Origin: Anaeramoeba ignava BMAN
Taxonomy: Eukaryota > Protista > Anaeramoebae
Length of the DNA: 64,000 bases
Assembly: GCA_028826165.1 (NCBI GenBank)
Contig: JAPDFW010000136.1
Span: forward strand, 496,001-560,000
Direction: 5' to 3'
The notes beneath the pieces were generated by a model. The model was not told the DNA's origin, did no database searches, and saw only the letters and a program-made list of their open reading frames with translations. How positions within the stretch are numbered: position 1 is the stretch's first letter; each line of letters starts with the position of its first letter. Positions 15,301 through 26,900 of the stretch are shown in pieces. The position numbers were made by a program, and so were the translations under genes.

Positions 15301-17853
15301 TTTTGGTGGTGGATAAAATTCTCAAAAGCATCCTTTTTACTGTACTTCACGACGGTGCTGATCGACTGCGGATGGTTCGAGCAATACTGTGTGTAGATCT
15401 TCAGGAAATCAACATATTTTTGGAACACTGTTCCAACGTTCATTTCTGCGACTTTTTCGGGATCTTTTTGGTAAAGCATTTGCAGTTCCTGTAGAATATT
15501 TGAGTTGACGCCGAAAATGGTTTCTATGGAGGAAAACATTGCGGAGATGTCCTTTTTGTGAACGATTGATTTTTCTCTGAGTGGTTTGAGATAGTACTCA
15601 ATAATCACATGCAGATCCTTGACATATTTCTCCTCTGTTTGAACCAGTTCTTGAATCACGTTTGCGCGCATGTTCATGTCAGTAGTTTTCCCCTGAAAAT
15701 CCTCTATTTGGAAGGACGTTTTTGACTGCTGAATCGGGTTGTTCATGACTGACAGCTCCTTTCTTTTCTTAATGATTTCTTCAGTTGATTGAGCCGTTTT
15801 ACTTGTTTCTTCAATTGAAATTCCCAATTTTGACGTGATGATTTCCCAGAACTGATTCTTGAGCTCCTCGGACTCAAAGCAGCATATAAACCGCTCCGGA
15901 TTATCTTCCACAAGAAATTCCACTGCGTGCTGGATTTGTCCCTTTTTGTCGTCTGACAAATCACGGATTTTTGATTTGGAATAGAAAATACAAATGTCAT
16001 AAGACAGTTGCTGGCTTTTTCTTTTCTGCTTCGCCAACAAAATCATATCGTTGAACATGAAGTACTGTCCTTGGTAGTTTTTAGTCCGTGAAACGCGCTT
16101 GAATCCCCCGTGCATATTCAGGATTCGCGAGCTTTCCATGATGTGTGTTGGTGAGTTCCCCATTTGCTTCTGGATATTGAGCAGTTGCGATCTTTTTTGG
16201 AAAATCCAAAAGTTCGAATTTGTGTCCCGAATTATGTTTCCACTTGTTTCGAGAATCTTCGAGATCTTAGATCCGACAGAAGTGTTTGGCGGGATAAGAC
16301 TGGATAATCTCTTCAGATTCTCCTCAAATTTTCGGATGTAAAATAACGGAAAAAGGAGAACGTGAAAAAAATCCTGTCCTATTCGCTCGTGTGAGCATTT
16401 AGCCACAACAGAGCGATACGGCTCGTTGTGCTTCTCGAGATCCTGTATTATTTGGTGCACAACCGTGTTTTGCTGATCCCACTGGCTGTAAAGTTCGAAA
16501 TTGATTCCCTTCAACGTGTCAATTATTGTTTCTGTTGATTTTGATTGTTTTTGGATATTTAAATATAAATTGATTTTTTCCGAAAGCTGTTTTGATTGGA
16601 TGATAAATCTTGTCGCGATTGAAAAAGTTGATTCGAATTCTTCTTTGTGCTGAGAAAGAGAGAGCAACGGGTTTTTCCAGATCTTGAAACAAAACGAAAT
16701 TATATAAATAAAAAAAGAGGAATATTTTTTGGAATGAAAAAATATTTGTGATTTTTACATTAATAATTTCGTCGAATTCCTTCTCGAATTTTTGCTCTTC
16801 TTCGAGAATTATTTTCAGAATGGGTTGCATTTGCGAATCGTCCTGAATAACGTTTTTTGGGCTTTTATCGCCTTCTGGTTTTAATGAAAAAGATTTTTGG
16901 AGAGGATACAAAGAGGCCCTCAAATTTGGTTGAGCAACGGAGACATTTCTTTGCAAATTGGACTTTGGTTTCTTAAAGATATTTGTATTTTGATGGGCTC
17001 TTGGCGAGGTTGGTTTAGCTGGGCTATTTTCTTGATTTGTTTTTGGAAAGTTGATTTGGCGAGTGAAACGATTGATGCTCTGGCGCTCGCTTTTCATTTG
17101 ATCTCCAGAAAAGGGTTTATTGGAGATATTTTGTTTGGACGTTGTTTCATTGCCGAAATTACTATTCGGACTCGGGCTATTTGCGTTGGAAATTCTTGTT
17201 TCCTTGGAAACCTGATTTTCACTGTTTTCTTGATAATATTGATTTGAGTATTGGATGTTTTTGTTCGGTTGTGGAAATTTAATTCTCGACATTTGCGTTT
17301 TTGTTTGTTGTTTATTTAGAGCATCATTTGGAATATTATTTTCAGGAAAATCATCGAACATTTTTTTCTTGGGTTTCGGAAACCTAATTTGATTTGTTTG
17401 CTTTGGATTATTCAAAGAATCCTCGTTTTTATTTGGAGAAATATTCTTGATTTTTTGGAATTTCATTGCTTGATTTTGCTGGTTTGAAAAAGCATCTTGC
17501 TTCTGGTTTTGATTGCCTTTTTCCACTGCAAATTTTTTGGGGGAAACGCTTTTGAATACTTGGTTTGAGTTTTGATTTTGCGCGATAGAAAATGTTGGTC
17601 GATTGAATTTCTCATTGATTTTGTTTTTCAAGTTATCCTTTGTTGATTTCTCGTTTTTGGACTTGTCAAGAACAATTCTCCCCTTTGAAACTGAGAATTT
17701 TCTTCTTGGAAACGATGATTTCTGTTGGTTTTCATTTGTGTTTTTTACAGAAAATGAATTTTTGATATTTTGGTTTTGAATTGGAGATTTTTTTATAAAA
17801 GAAGATTTCTGTGAATTTTGAAAAGCATTTCTATTTTGTTTAAATTGGCTCAT
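12351..17853 (-). CDS. Dbl-family RhoGEF: disordered N-terminus, degenerate DH-PH, then DH-PH; exons 17853-16759, 16682-14834, 12499-12351
   Basis: DH motifs RANVIQELVQTEEKYVKDL and LLIKPIQRICKYPLIFKELLKGT. PH motifs ERQFWLFTDVIVYGK and, in exon 3, FAFQIF...KQDWENKIKEQI. Junctions are GT-AG and in phase. Confidence 0.88.
12520..14815. repeat. 13-bp minisatellite (plus strand AAATATTTGATTT) filling the 2334-nt RhoGEF intron (12500-14833)
   Basis: Visible tandem array, irregular in the middle, with a GAATATGAATATTT sub-array near 14593-14660. Confidence 0.95.
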
Positions 17854-17967
17854 ATTTTATTTCAAGAAAAGAAGAAAGAAAGAAAAAAAAAGAAAAAAGA
17901 AAAAAAGAAAAAAAGAAAAATGAAATTTTTTTAAATTCATTTTTTCATTTTCGAAATTAAATTTTGA

Positions 17968-18597
17968 ATGGAATTTAAAGGAAAAATATTTTTTCTTGAT
18001 ATTCACGATTCAACATTAAGAGAAAAATTGATTTGGAACATCTCACTAATCGGGGGAACTGTTGTATTTGACGAACTGACACCAAAAGTGCTATTTTTAA
18101 TAACAGATTCAGCAACACATCAATCAGAGAAATCAAGTTCACTTATCCAAACAGCAAAAGGACTGAATATTAAGATTTATGCAGGCGAACAATTCAATCA
18201 ACTTCTTGAAAATAAAATAATTTATTCAAAAAGAAAAACACCAAATATAATCGTTGTTGAAGACTCAACTAAAATTCATCGCCCGTCTTTCAGGGAATTC
18301 AAAGAAGACTCCATTCCGCTCTCTTCTCATTTCGTCTCTGCTACTTCAAAGCCTAGAAACCCCGTTTTCTCCCTCGAATTTTTGGAGCAAAGAGCTAAAG
18401 AAAATCAAGCACTTCAACAGAAAAAAAGAAGAAAGAAAAAAAAACAAAAATATTGCGAAATTTGTGGCGAATATTACTCAAATCTGCATAGCCATATCGT
18501 CTTGAAAATGCATAGAAATTTCGCAAAGAAAAAAAAGAATTACCAGCAAATTGATCAATTGTTTAAAAATATTCGCAAACAAGAGAAGAAAAAATAA
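17968..18597 (+). CDS. DBF4: DBF4-like Cdc7 kinase regulatory subunit (209 aa)
   Basis: BRCT-like motif N (FKGKIFFLD...ISLIGGTV...FLITD), motif M (IIVVEDSTKIHRPSFREF) and motif C zinc finger (YCEICGEYYSNLHSHIVLKMHRNFA). Confidence 0.85.
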   Translation: MEFKGKIFFLDIHDSTLREKLIWNISLIGGTVVFDELTPKVLFLITDSATHQSEKSSSLIQTAKGLNIKIYAGEQFNQLLENKIIYSKRKTPNIIVVEDSTKIHRPSFREFKEDSIPLSSHFVSATSKPRNPVFSLEFLEQRAKENQALQQKKRRKKKKQKYCEICGEYYSNLHSHIVLKMHRNFAKKKKNYQQIDQLFKNIRKQEKKK

Positions 18598-18703
18598 CGG
18601 AATGAATTTTTATTAATTAATTGATTGATTGATTATTTTTTTTTTTTTTGAAAAATGAAGAAAATTAAAATTAAAATTAAAATTAAAAAAAAATTCTTTC
18701 ATC

Positions 18704-19273
18704 TTATTTCTTTTTTTTCTCAATTAATTGATCGACTTCTGATTTCAAAACGCTATAAAGTTCCCAACCAAGATGGTACATAAAAGTAGGACCAGCAACA
18801 AGAACTCCAAGAGAATGGAATAGTTTTCCTTTTGGCGCGATAATAAAAGCTAACACACAAGTTCCCATTGCAACATATTTTAACCAGATCAACTCTTTCT
18901 TTTTTTCTTCCATTTCTTTCTTGAATTCTCCGTTAAGTGACTCAAAGTAAAATGTTACCAATGAAGTAGAAATAATTAGCCAAGCTGGATCAAACCATGT
19001 CCCGACTAGCACTGAAAGAAAATTTAAAATGAAAAGTGCTAAATAAACTAATGTTAATGGTTTTTGTTTTTTCACGATTTGGATATACTAAGAAAACAAT
19101 AAACAATTTAATAAGAAAACAATAAAACAATTTAATAAGAAAACAATAAACAATTAATAAGAAAACAATAAACAATTTAATAAGAAAACAAAAAAAAATT
19201 TAATTTTTCTGTGTTTTTGATTATTTTTTACAGTATCAGGTTTATGTGAAAAAAATGTTTTGACTGAATCCAT
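18704..19273 (-). CDS. Small multi-pass membrane protein of unknown function (about 141 aa); exons 19273-19232 and 19087-18704
   Basis: MDSVKTFFSHKPDT|YIQIVKKQKPL... is in frame across a GT-AG intron. It has several hydrophobic segments and a C-terminal KKKK (possible ER-retrieval signal). The intron carries about four copies of a ~23-bp repeat. Confidence 0.65.
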
Positions 19274-19320
19274 TTTTAACAAATCAAAAAAGAAAAATGA
19301 AAAATGAAAAATGAAAAAAT

Positions 19321-20868
19321 TTTAATATTAATTTAAATATCAATTTAATTATTAATTTAAATATCAATTTTAATATTAATTTAAATATTAATTTAAATAT
19401 TAATTTAAATATTAATTTAAATATTAATTTAAATATTAATTTAAATATCAATTTAAATATTAATTTAAATATTAATTTAAATATTAATTTAAATATTAAT
19501 TTAAATATTAATTTAAATATTAATTTAAATATTAATTTAAATATTAATTTAAATATTAATTTAAATATTAATATAAATATTAATTTAAATATTAATTTAA
19601 ATATTAATTTAAATATTAATTTAAATATTAATTTAAATATTAATTTAAATATTAATTTAAATATTAATTTAAATATTAATTTTAAATATTGATTTATTTA
19701 AATATTAATTTAAATATTAATTTAAATATTAATTTAAATATTAATTTAAATATTAATTTAAATATTAATTTAAATATTAATTTAAATATTAATTTAAATA
19801 TTAATTTAAATAATTTAAATATTAATTTAAATATTAATTTAAATATTAATTTAAATATTAATTTAAATATTAATTTAAATATTAATTTAAATATTAATTT
19901 AAATATTAATTTAAATATTAATTTAAATATTAATTTAAATATTAATTTTAAATATTAATTTAAATATTAATTTAAATATTAATTTAAATATTAATTTAAA
20001 TATTAATTTAAATATTAATTTAAATATTAATTTAAATATTAATTTAAATATTAATTTAAATATTAATTTAATATCAATTTAAATATTAATTTAAATATTA
20101 ATTTAAATATTAATTTAAATATTAATTTAAATATTAATTTAAATATTAATTTAAATATTAATTTAAATATTAATTTAAATATTAATTTAAATATTAATTT
20201 AAATATTAATTTAAATATTAATTTAAATATTAATTTAAATATTAATTTAAATATTAATTTAAATATTAATTTAAATATTAATTTAAATATTAATTTAAAT
20301 ATTAATTTAAATATTAATTTAAATATTAATTTTAAATATTAATTTAAATATTAATTTAAATATTAATTTAAATATTAATTTAAATATTAATTTAATAATT
20401 TTAATATTAATTTAAATATTAATTTAATTATTAATTTAAATATTAATTTAAATATTAATTTAAATATTAATTTAAATATTAATTTAAATATTAATTTTAA
20501 ATATTAATTTAAATATTAATTTAAATATTAATTTAAATTTAAATATTAATTTAAATATTAATTTAAATATTAATTTTAATATTAATTTAAATATTAATTT
20601 AAATATTAATTTAAATATTAATTTAAATATTAATTTAAATATTAATTTAAATATCAATTCAAATAGTTTAAATAATTTGAATATTAATTTAAATATTAAT
20701 TTAAATATCAATTTAAATATTAATTTAAATATTAATTTAAATATCAATTTAAATATTGATTTAAATATTAATTTAAATATTAATTTAAATATCAATTTAA
20801 ATATTGATTTAAATATTAATTTAAATATTAATTTAAATATCAATTCAAATAGTTTAAATAATTTGAAT
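19321..20868. repeat. Intergenic 12-bp minisatellite (ATTAATTTAAAT)n
   Basis: Highly regular array between the dynein stop codon and the next start codon. I found no flanking splice sites. Confidence 0.95.
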
Positions 20869-20950
20869 TATATTCAAAGTTTCATGTTTTTTTTTCAAAA
20901 GTAACTTTTAATCCTCAAATTCAATCGAAATGTAAAAAAGAAAAAAAAAA

Positions 20951-23900
20951 TCAATCAAGAATGACAGAAACACTGTTCAAAATCCAAAAACTTTCATGAG
21001 TTTTAGACTTGAAATAAGCATCAAAAAGATAGCCAACACCCATGGAATTATTCCTATTTTTTGTAGAATAAACAGGAGCAAGAAAAGTTCCTTGCTTCCA
21101 AATTTGGGATTGCTTTTTAAGACAAGGAATAACATGGAAAACAGGAAGAGATATAGAAAGTTGATGAGGAAGTTGATGAACAAGCGAAAGGGAAGAAAAA
21201 TCGAAGCCTGCACCTTCAAGATTAAGACCGTGGATATAACAACCGATTGAAGGAGAAGAAGAAACATTTTGCGGAGAAAGAAAGTGTGTGGGAACAGTAA
21301 ACATAATTGTTTGGTCAAGAGGCCACTTGTTCTCTCGACTTGCGATTTGAAGCACGGCATTAAGAAAAGTATCCGGAAATTTGAGACCAGGAAGCCACAC
21401 AACAAGAGGTTGCCCGTTTTTCACCCAATCAAGAAATTGAGTGTATCTTTTGCGGAGATGGACAAGCCAGGAAGATAAATTTTTGTCTGTTTGGGAATCA
21501 AGAAAAGCAGATGGAACTTCTCCAACAAACAGAGAAGTTTCGAGTGACTGCAGCTTGGTTGTCATGATTGCTTCTCCTTGCTCAGCTTTGGAAAGATCTT
21601 TCAGCACAGAACGGATATTCTTGATGAGATGGTTGAATTCCTCCAGTTCTTGGAAAAGTGCAATTTGTGTTGGAGATGGTGAATAAGTTTCGTCTTTCTT
21701 CCAACCCTTTTCAATAAATTTCAAATCAAAAGGCTCTTGAGGAAGCCATTTGGTTTCAATTTCTTCCACAATCCCGAGAATTAACGACTCTCGACTTCCT
21801 CCACGACCCAAGGACACACGCGGTTGAAGATCAACTAACCCGCGCAGAATTCCATCTGCTAATGAAGTAAGATGAGAAATCTGTGAGTTGGGATGCAGCC
21901 CAAGAACTTGTGGTGAGTCGTCAAGTCGCAGTCTTGAGATCCAATCCAGATAATCTTTTCTTGTTCCAACCGCCGGAATTTGGATCGAAATATTCTCTTC
22001 TTTATTTGTGTATAAACTAAATGGTTCGCCTGTCTTTTCAAAGATAAATTTGCCAAAATATTCGCTGAAATATGTGGAAAGAACTCGACGATCAAGTTCA
22101 TCAGTCACTCTCCCTCCGTATATTGCTTGTCCGAGAAGATACCGCAAGCTCTCCCAAGGAATTTGCTCTTTGTTTTGCTGCGCACGCGTCAAATATGTGT
22201 CGAGAATCTGCATGGACACTCGGAAATCGGAATCATTGAAATCATATTGCACATTCCAGGCACATTTGCCTAATTTTTTGCGCTCAAGAAGAACAGAGTG
22301 AAGAAAAGCAAGAACGAAGACAAGTGATTTGAATTGTGGATGTTTGCAATGAACAAGTTGAACATCACTGATTTTGTTGTAGATCGTATGCAGATTTAAT
22401 TGTATCGCATTAGGGGGTTCTAAAACAACTTTGAATGAATGCTGAAGAACAGACACAGGAAACAAGGATGTGGGTTCTGTTGTCAAAAACAGGCGGAAAT
22501 CCTCATGTACAGAGAATTTTGATTCGCTTTGTGATGGAGATGCAACAGCGTTGATCTTCTCAATAAAAATCTCAAGATTCTTCAAAAAAGAAGGCATTAA
22601 GTGGCAGTTTTGAAGAAGAACCCATTGCCCTCTTCTCACCGCAGTTTCTAGCATTTTCTGTGCAACTGGTTCTTGCCCTTGTCCCAAAGAAAGAAATTTC
22701 AATCTCGCACTGTATCCGAGTCCTTCAGCAAGCTTGAAAATATCTTCTGTTGGATCTGCTCCTGGAGAAAGCACAAAGATGATAGGAGTGGTTTGTGTGC
22801 TGAATTCGTGGAAAATATCTGCGTAATTCAGTGTCGGCGGATGGATGAACCTCTCTCCAAGATGTGAACTAACATACGAGCTGAGTGATGAAACAAGACG
22901 ATCAGAACGCAAACATCTCAAAAGCATCAACATTTGGAATCCACTCACATCCCCACAAGGCGGAACTATTGCCTCGGGCTTGCTTGAAAAAACCCACAAT
23001 TTCCATTTTTCTTCTTCAGCTTTGATCTGAGAAAGGAGAGATTGGAACATATTTTCTGAGCGATCCGAAAGTGAGGATAATTGTTGCAAATCTCTCCAAT
23101 TTTTCTGCGAAATCCATTCAGGATTTTCTCCTCTTTGTTCATCCTGTAAAGAAGTGTTTCCTCTAAGAAGAAAGTCCAATTCTGGCTGCGAATATCCGTG
23201 AATATTGAGGGCGAGTTGGAAAGAAAAGAGCAGTTTGTGGCGTTCGAAAAGGCCTAAACACATGGAATTATATGCGCGCACCATCAGTTCATCAATGATA
23301 TTCTGCAATCTTGAATCAAGATTGTTTGCAGGCTGGGATTGCGTTACTGAGGATTCAAAAAGCGACAAAAATGAGCTCATTGAGACTTCATACATTGAAT
23401 TGAGTTCAGCCATCGATGCCATGGTGAAGAAAATAGAAGAGCCTCGTTTGGCAACGACCGCATAGCTTTTCCGTGCTCGATCAATCTCAGCAGCAGTTAT
23501 TTCCGACTCTTTCAGTTTCGTGTTGATTTCTGATGCCTTTGTTTTCGTTGTTTCTAGCATCTCAATCAGAGGAGCGTCGTCCAGAATATTTCCCTGACTT
23601 GATGCGAGCTGATGTAGAAGCTGATCCTCAAGTTGCTGAAGCATCAAATGGCTCTGGTTCATTGAATCAATCAATTCGGTTCGACTCTTCTCAAGATCTG
23701 CCCGCTCGATGCCAACAACAACATTCAAAAGCTGACTTTCCAATCCATATTCAGTCACCTTGCAATTTACAACACGAGATTTTCCAAATATTTCAGGCGA
23801 AAGTTCAGGGTTCTGTTGCTTTGTAGATAGATACAACATGAAGTCATCATCCCAATCTACTTCTTTATCCGCAACATTCACTGTTTTTCTCCCACCTGTT

Positions 23901-26900
23901 GATTTGAGGTTTTTGAACAAAATTGGATCAACAACAGGATCAAACCCAGAATCTGCTCCCTCAAAAACAAAGTGCTTCCCGTACTGAATCGCAAGGACAA
24001 GCTGTTGGAGGAAATTATTTGTATCAAAAGTTGATACATCCAAATTTTTTGTATGTCTTTGTTTGATCCACCGAACAAGCTGGTTTTGAGGATCAATAAG
24101 AAGCGGAAAGCGCATGCCTCTCCCAAAAGAGGCCAGAATCCCATTCTCTACTGTTGTTTGATCTATTGGCAACCCCTCAGATTGCCATTTGTTGATTTCG
24201 GCATCTGTTGTTAGTAATTCTTGCACTTGAAGTGTTGATGTGAGTGGTATTTCTTCTTTAGTAAGCTTGTGCTTCACTTCTTCAAGAACTTTGGCGCGAA
24301 ATTCTGCATTCAAAGGTCCGCAATAACCCAGAAAGCTTGCGCACAAAAGACAATCGCCTACAAGTCGCGTTTTTCTCTTTTTCAGTGACTGGGATTGTGC
24401 AGTCCATCTCAATTTCTCTGCTCCCAATCCCGTGATAAGTTGGCTCGCGCGAAACAACCGTTCTTGCATAAGTTGAGCTTGTTTCTTCAATAGTTCCAAT
24501 TCTTGTGTCGCCTTTTCATATTCCATTTCAAACTGGCGAAGCATTTGAGAGAGAGATTCTACTTCTTTTTGGATTTTGTCGAGTTCCTTTTGCGAAATTT
24601 CCAAGCTGGCTTGTGCAGTTGCAACTTTCTCTCTTTTGGGAGCAACTTCCAATGCTGTTGAATAATAATTGACTACCGCTAGCACCCAACTGATAAGTCC
24701 TGTTCCTGCAGAGGATATTTTCTTCATCGAAACGACATTGAATTTTGGATGCTTCATATATTCTTGCACCGCATTGATTTTCTGTTGTGTTAAAGTGTCA
24801 AGATCAAATTCAATCAATTCACGAAGAAAACTTGTAGAGGCCATCATCGCCTTTGCACCGCTCCAGGAAACATCCGAAAACCCACGGAGAATCACAACAC
24901 ATTCACATACACTCCGCACAAGTTCAGGCGGATTTGCAAAAGCTCGAATCTCAACAAGATCACCCCTATTTAGGTTCGACAATGCTGAACGAGCCTTTTC
25001 AAGCACAGGCAATGCTTTTTCAAGAACGGCTTCTGCTTCTCTTTTCTCTTGAGAGATCTGCTCAAATTTTTCCGCAACTTCCCGTTCCTTTTCTGAAGAC
25101 ACTTTTTTTTTCTTCTCGACTTCGCTTTTTCTCGCTGCAATTTGATCTAATAAGTCCTCGCTTGCCTGCGTTTTTTCTTCAACAACCTTTTTCTGTACTG
25201 CTAAGTTTTTTCTCAATTGCTTCACTCCCTCTTCGGCTTCTGTAAGTTTCTCCAGTCCACCTTCAATACGTTCCAGTGTTTTTTGGTTTTCAGTGATTTT
25301 TTCTTTAAGGAGAATCAGATACTCTTTTAAAAAATCCAGATAAATTTTGGGTGTAACAAAAATTTTTCTTCGGTACTTATGCTCGAAAATTACAGTGTTT
25401 TGAATGGCGTTCTGATGGGTTTCTACAAAAACTTCGATTAATCCCTTGATTAAACCCTTTCCCTTGCCATTCTGGGCAAATTCGCTAACAAAGTTCTGCA
25501 TTACCAAATTTTCCGAAAGAAGTTTTTGTCCGACCAAACGAAGCGCATCCTCGGGCCAAGTCTCGCTCATCCAATCAATTATCGTGTTGTTAAGAAGTCC
25601 CGGATATTTCGGGAAAAGCTGTCGCAATTGTTCTCCTGGCGGGAAACACAAGCACAGCCGTAAATTTTCACGACATTTTGTGATGAAATAATTCCAACAA
25701 TCTTCACGAGAAGCAAAAACTCCCGTCTCGCTGACTTCCTCTTTCAAGGAGTTTATAATCGGCTCTTTTTCTTCTTCAGAATATAAAGTGCCCACAAACG
25801 AAGTGAGCATAGAATTGATTTCCTCCATGAAACTTTCGTGAACTAGCTCCGCGCTAGTAAAAAGGAAAACAACCTTTTTCTTCTCCACTCCTGTTTTTAG
25901 ATACAATTTTTTCAACGCATCCAAAAAATCAGCTTTCCCGAATGTGCGGGTTAATTTGATCTGGAACAATTCGTATCCTGCAATAAATGCGGCCAATTTG
26001 CTGATGCTTTTTTTGCCAATCCCGTCATTTCCTATCATCAGGGCATTTCCATATCTTTGGCGTAAGATTCGATGAATTCGAACAACTTCGCAGATAAAAT
26101 TATCAAAAAGAACAAGATCCATTGGCTCATCTGGATATTTTTCATTATATTCTTCCAGCTTTTGATCAATGAAAAAACGGACATTCTCGTAATCCCCAAG
26201 ATCTTCATAAATTCTTAGCAATTCATGCCTTCTTCTTCTTTCTTCTTCTTCTTCTTGTGTTTGATCAATGAAATTCTCTTTTTCATTGTCCTGAAAAGGT
26301 TGGTCTGGTACCACTTCTGCTTTCTGCTTCGCTTTTCTCGCAATCTCACCAAAATCACCAAATAAAATGGGATTTCGGACTATATCTTCAATTTCAGTTC
26401 CGTTCAAGAAATCTGCAAAATACTTGCGCAAAGTGCCCTCAAGTTTTTGATCAACAAGAATGCGATCTTCTTCCAGAATTAGTCGAGAAGAAAAATTCAG
26501 CAAAACCTCGTTTCTCCATAGTCGAAGGAAGGAGGTAATTGATTTAAACTTCTGGGATGTACTCAGTACAACCAATCCATCATAAACGCGTGAAATATCA
26601 CGAAGACTGAATGAGTAATGGAATTTTGTTTGGGAAGGTCGCAAAGAAAGCGTAATTTGTTTAAATAGATCAAGAGTCATATCGGTCAAGCGAGAAGAAA
26701 TCGCATTTTGAATTTCAGAATTAAAAAGCGAAAGATGCGAATTCAGAAGGGAATCAAATATCATCTTGATAATGTGGGGTTGTGGAGAAGGGATATGCAT
26801 CACGTTGAATAGGGAAATGAATCGCGGATCAACTTTCCCAGGCCTCATTGCCGCTATTATCTGGACATCTCGAATTTCAATCCAGCTTAGATCTTTGTCT

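Noticed and set aside
19689-20904. ORFs such as (NINL)n and (KLIF)n, and similar ones at 2938-3132 and 48551-49394
   Set aside because: They are translations of stop-free frames of minisatellites, with no evidence of coding.
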